NCBI GenBank assembly: GCA_963693365.1
Contig: CAVNZM010000005.1
Span: 8,006,710 to 8,070,709 of the forward strand
Direction of reading: 5' to 3'
DNA length: 64,000 nt
Source: Amoebidium appalachense
Lineage: Eukaryota; Protista; Ichthyosporea
The position numbers and the translations under genes are program-made. The first letter of the stretch is position 1; each line of letters opens with the position of its first letter. The notes under the pieces are model-generated. The model was not told the origin of the DNA, did no database searches, and was given only the letters and a program-made list of their open reading frames with translations. Below, piece by piece: positions 51,824 through 64,000 of the stretch.

Positions 51824-54235
51824 TGTCGTAGCAACAAACAGAGTGTATGTGAACTACTCTAACTATCTGCACGCTTAAAGGGGCTCGAAACCGTGTATAC
51901 GTATAAACTTTTCTTTGAGTTGGGTGGGAAGCGAGTTTTTCGTGTTCTCAGAAGAACTTCCAAAAGCCCGCGACCCCGCGAGACACTTCACAGACACGCG
52001 GCCCACTGGCCAGACAAATACCACAGTGACATTCAGCCAATCACAACACTCCCTCCCCCACAGACTACACGCACTCCACACCATTGGCTACCGCCACCTC
52101 AGACACCCCTACAGCACTACAACACGTACACACGTTTACTCACAATACATATAAGCATACACACACGCGAGCAGGCAACATGGGTCTCGCCAAGCACACA
52201 GCAAGAAGCAATACAACATTTAACATGGAGAGTACGCAGAGGCATGGTGCATGCACGCGCGCACCTTTAACAATCAGCCGCCGCCGCATCAGGTTCTCCC
52301 CATACCACTGATTAATCTCCTCATACCCCACTTAGACCCCGGCATCACTATGCAAGAAAACCCCCGAAATTCACTCACCAAAACACGAATTATAGAAGCA
52401 AACTAATACGAATCAGCTCAGCACATGACAACTCCCCCCTCGCACAGAAAATAACTGAGTTCCACCTCAGTAAAAACTACCTAAAAACAAAATAAAGTTA
52501 TGTGCTGAGCGACTACAACTACCGCTAACCATGCAGGAAGCAACATATAACATATAACATAAAACATATACATGCATCCACGCACCACCCCAGCATGGTT
52601 AGTACCCAACCCAACCCCAAAACAAGGATAATATGAACCGCCACTGACGTTGCCCTGTAGATGCACCTCTGCCCCCGTCCACAACCTGCACCCAAAACCC
52701 CATGCCCCTGGCACAATGTTATATCGAGTGGAACATAGCAACAGACATGATAACAGACACCATCCATACAACCACACTCAGCATGCCCCATCCCCAAAGA
52801 ATTCCTAACACAACCAAACATGCCGTGACGAACACCTCCAGACTCATGTGACGTACACCTCCAGACTCTCTTGCTGGCCATTCCTCTACCCGACAAAGAC
52901 TCCTACTACGTAGGTCCCGGTGGTTTGGGAATGCCTCCGCCCCAACCGTGCCCTACCCAGCGGTGTGTCTAAGGCCTACTGCTGCACTGGGCACCACAAC
53001 ACTACTCAACAACACTACGGGCAGCCACTCCAAAGGGCCTCAACACCAGGCCCAGGGCAGCCACTCCAAGGGGCCTCAGCACCAGGCCCTTTGACGACGG
53101 GGGTTCACAACAGTGGGGGCCTGCCACTGCCATGACTACACTTCGACCCCCCCCCCAGCCCCCTCGTCAGAGGGCCGAGCTCCCAGACAGCAGCAGGACT
53201 TTCTATTCCACTGACCCTAACCACACACGTCGCCAACACAGGACTCATACACACGTCGAAAACGCCAGGCACCAGTAGAAAACTCGCCGAAAAATAACAC
53301 CACACAACAGTTACTCCCATAGTATTACAACAACAACAACCCAAGAGATGGCCTACCCCCTAATAAAACCTTCATACCAGCAACACGGTCACCGACGTCC
53401 CTGCCCCCCACGACGGGGCTGTTTACACCACGCGTTGCCCCCGCTCCTTGCAGTTGTCACAGGTGCCTGGGAAAGAGCCTGGCGCCGGCTCTTGCTGTCC
53501 CGCCCCAAAGACGCCAGCCTGGCCCATCTGTTATCCCGTTGTGGCCGTGGCTGGTAGGGCTGGTAGCGCCGTGGGGAGGGTGACTGCCGCCGGTCCCCTC
53601 TGAGGCCTCTGCTGGGCAAACGGCCCTGAGCTTGCTAAGTCACCTAGGGAGGTCAAGGTCCTTAGCGAGGACTAAGTCCCCTGTGATACTAGTCCTACTG
53701 CTCAAGTTGCCTATGCCAACTGTTGCTAGCTGTAGGCCTGTGTGTGCGTATGTTTCTTCTACCTCTAACTGTCGAAAAAGTCCTAAGTCAAAGCCACTCA
53801 TAACCGCTAGGCGTGAAAGAAAAAAAAAACTAGGGGTGAAAGCAACAGCCCAGAAGGACTAACAGTGCGTGTGCCCCCTCCCTGCAAAAAACTGCAGAGA
53901 AAGGGGGTGTAGCTTGTCGTGGCAACAAACAGAGTGTATATGAACTACTCTAACTATCTGCACGCTTAAAGGGGCTCGAAACCGTGTATACGTATAAACT
54001 TTTCTTTGAGTTGGGTGGGAAGCGAGTTTTTCGTGTTCTCAGAAGAACTTCCAAAAGCCCGCGACCCCGCGAGACACTTCACAGACACGCGGCCCACTGG
54101 CCAGACAAATACCACAGTGACATTCAGCCAATCACAACACTCCCTCCCCCACAGACTACACGCACTCCACACCATTGGCTACCGCCACCTCAGACACCCC
54201 TACAGCACTACAACACGTACACACGTTTACTCACA
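51824..54235 (-). mobile_element. Second copy of the non-autonomous LTR element (5' LTR truncated)
   Basis: Reverse complement of 24773-27472: 3' LTR 51824-52430, partial 5' LTR 53915-54235, same PBS-position sequence at 53903-53914. Confidence 0.92.
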
Positions 54236-55094
54236 AGGAGGGTACTTAGGACTTTTGAGATTTGGGTGTTTTCTATGGAAATGCTCGGTTATCCCTTGTA
54301 TATTTTGTAAAAATGTATATTGTATCTCTATTAGGCACACTAGGACCCAAACTAGGATGTGCATGGAATGCGACCCAAACATCTTTGGAAGCATCCAATT
54401 ATATATTTATCAACGTTTTAACTGTTGGGTGTCCGTTTGCAAACAGCGATATAAGTTCCTTCGACCACATAGCAAGCCACGATAGCACATTATCTTTCAG
54501 GTGAAGTATCACAGTTCTTGAGGGGTAGCAAACAAGCGACATGCTGGTTAATGAACGGAGCTGGGTACGGTAGTTCCACAACAGCAATTTGGAGTTTTGC
54601 AATTGTATGGGCATTGTTTAATGCACATTGTGAATAAAACATGAGATAAGTCTTACACAATACATCCTTAAACAGGGTGCTTTACAAATTCCAGCTAACT
54701 GACCGACATGATGTTCACAACTATTACAGGCAAAGAAGCCCAATGTAACATAATAGAGCTGAAGAACGCTCTCAATCAGGCAGGCCATCCTGTGACTTTG
54801 GAAAGAGTTCAAAGGAGAAGTGGTATGAGCATCAGTCTACACGTGAAACATCACATACAATATACAAAGTAAAGGGTTATACAATACAACCTATCTAACT
54901 TACTATCACATCAATCACAACTTACCATCACATTCCAACGCTAACCCATGAAGACAAACAAGGAAAGATTGCCTCCTCCACTTCGCTACCCATTCATTAA
55001 TTCAAACAGTATGGTTCAAAAAAGTATATAGTGTGGTAGAGCATGCCTAAGGATCGGATTGAGGTTAAAGCTTTAAGATGTTGTGGTCACCGTG

Positions 55095-63475
<8,381 letters not shown>

Positions 63476-63574
63476 CTGTGAAGGGGTATTATTTGTCATT
63501 CAGTGGATGCACTCAAACTTGAAAGGAGGAAGCAGGGTAATGGTGGGTGTAGCTGTGTGTGTTTATCGGATGTT

Positions 63575-63629
<55 letters not shown>

Positions 63630-64000
63630 TTGGTGGAGAATATTCCATGAGAGTTCAATGGAGTGGAACCAAGTAATGGGGAAGGGGGAGGATGATCTGA
63701 GTGGGATGAACCGGGGGGGGGGGGGGGGGGGGGGGGATAGGACGTGTTACACGGTACACAGTTATGGTGCGAAAACTATGGAACACACGCAACACAGAAG
63801 GTCGCACGAAGTAACAAAGGGGCCGAAGCAGCCCCCCCCCAGCCCCCCCTCCCCCCCCCCCTTCTTCCCCTCCCCCCTCCCCCTTCCCTCCCCCCCCCCC
63901 CCCCCCCCCCAATAAAAAAAAAGAAGGAAAGAAAGAAAGAAAGAAAGGAAGAAAGAAAGAAGGAAAGAAAGAGAGAGAGAGAGAAAGAAAGAGAGAAAGA

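Noticed and set aside
54236-55070. Degenerate transposase downstream of the methyltransferase gene
   Set aside because: Only short ORFs with no recognisable motifs.

Overview
Eukaryotic genomic DNA (GT-AG introns, long G/C runs, CA/GT microsatellites), mostly nested transposable elements with a short island of host genes. 1-33 kb holds Copia and Gypsy remnants and a Ngaro-type tyrosine-recombinase retrotransposon with split direct repeats (1904-16507, plus solo derivatives). An 8.9-kb piggyBac-like DNA transposon (7165-16090, TTAT target duplication) is inserted in that element. Its three-exon ORF is open when spliced by hand and carries a YqaJ/lambda-exonuclease domain with an embedded SAP domain between the 2nd and 3rd putative catalytic aspartates. 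A non-autonomous LTR element occurs twice, with an atypical primer-binding site. 35-42 kb holds host genes: a CysRS-C-terminal-like/methyltransferase fusion, a nocturnin/CCR4-like EEP phosphatase and a signal-peptide-bearing L-gulonolactone-oxidase-like enzyme. 45.8-54.2 kb holds a chromodomain Gypsy pol. 55.1-63.5 kb holds a 9-exon, 5'-incomplete gene whose spliced frame is open and encodes a ParB-like domain fused to a bacterial-type beta-class amino (N6A/N4C) DNA methyltransferase with a DPPA motif IV; its last intron contains an array of 18-bp palindromes. All domain calls come from motif recognition by eye; no searches were run.
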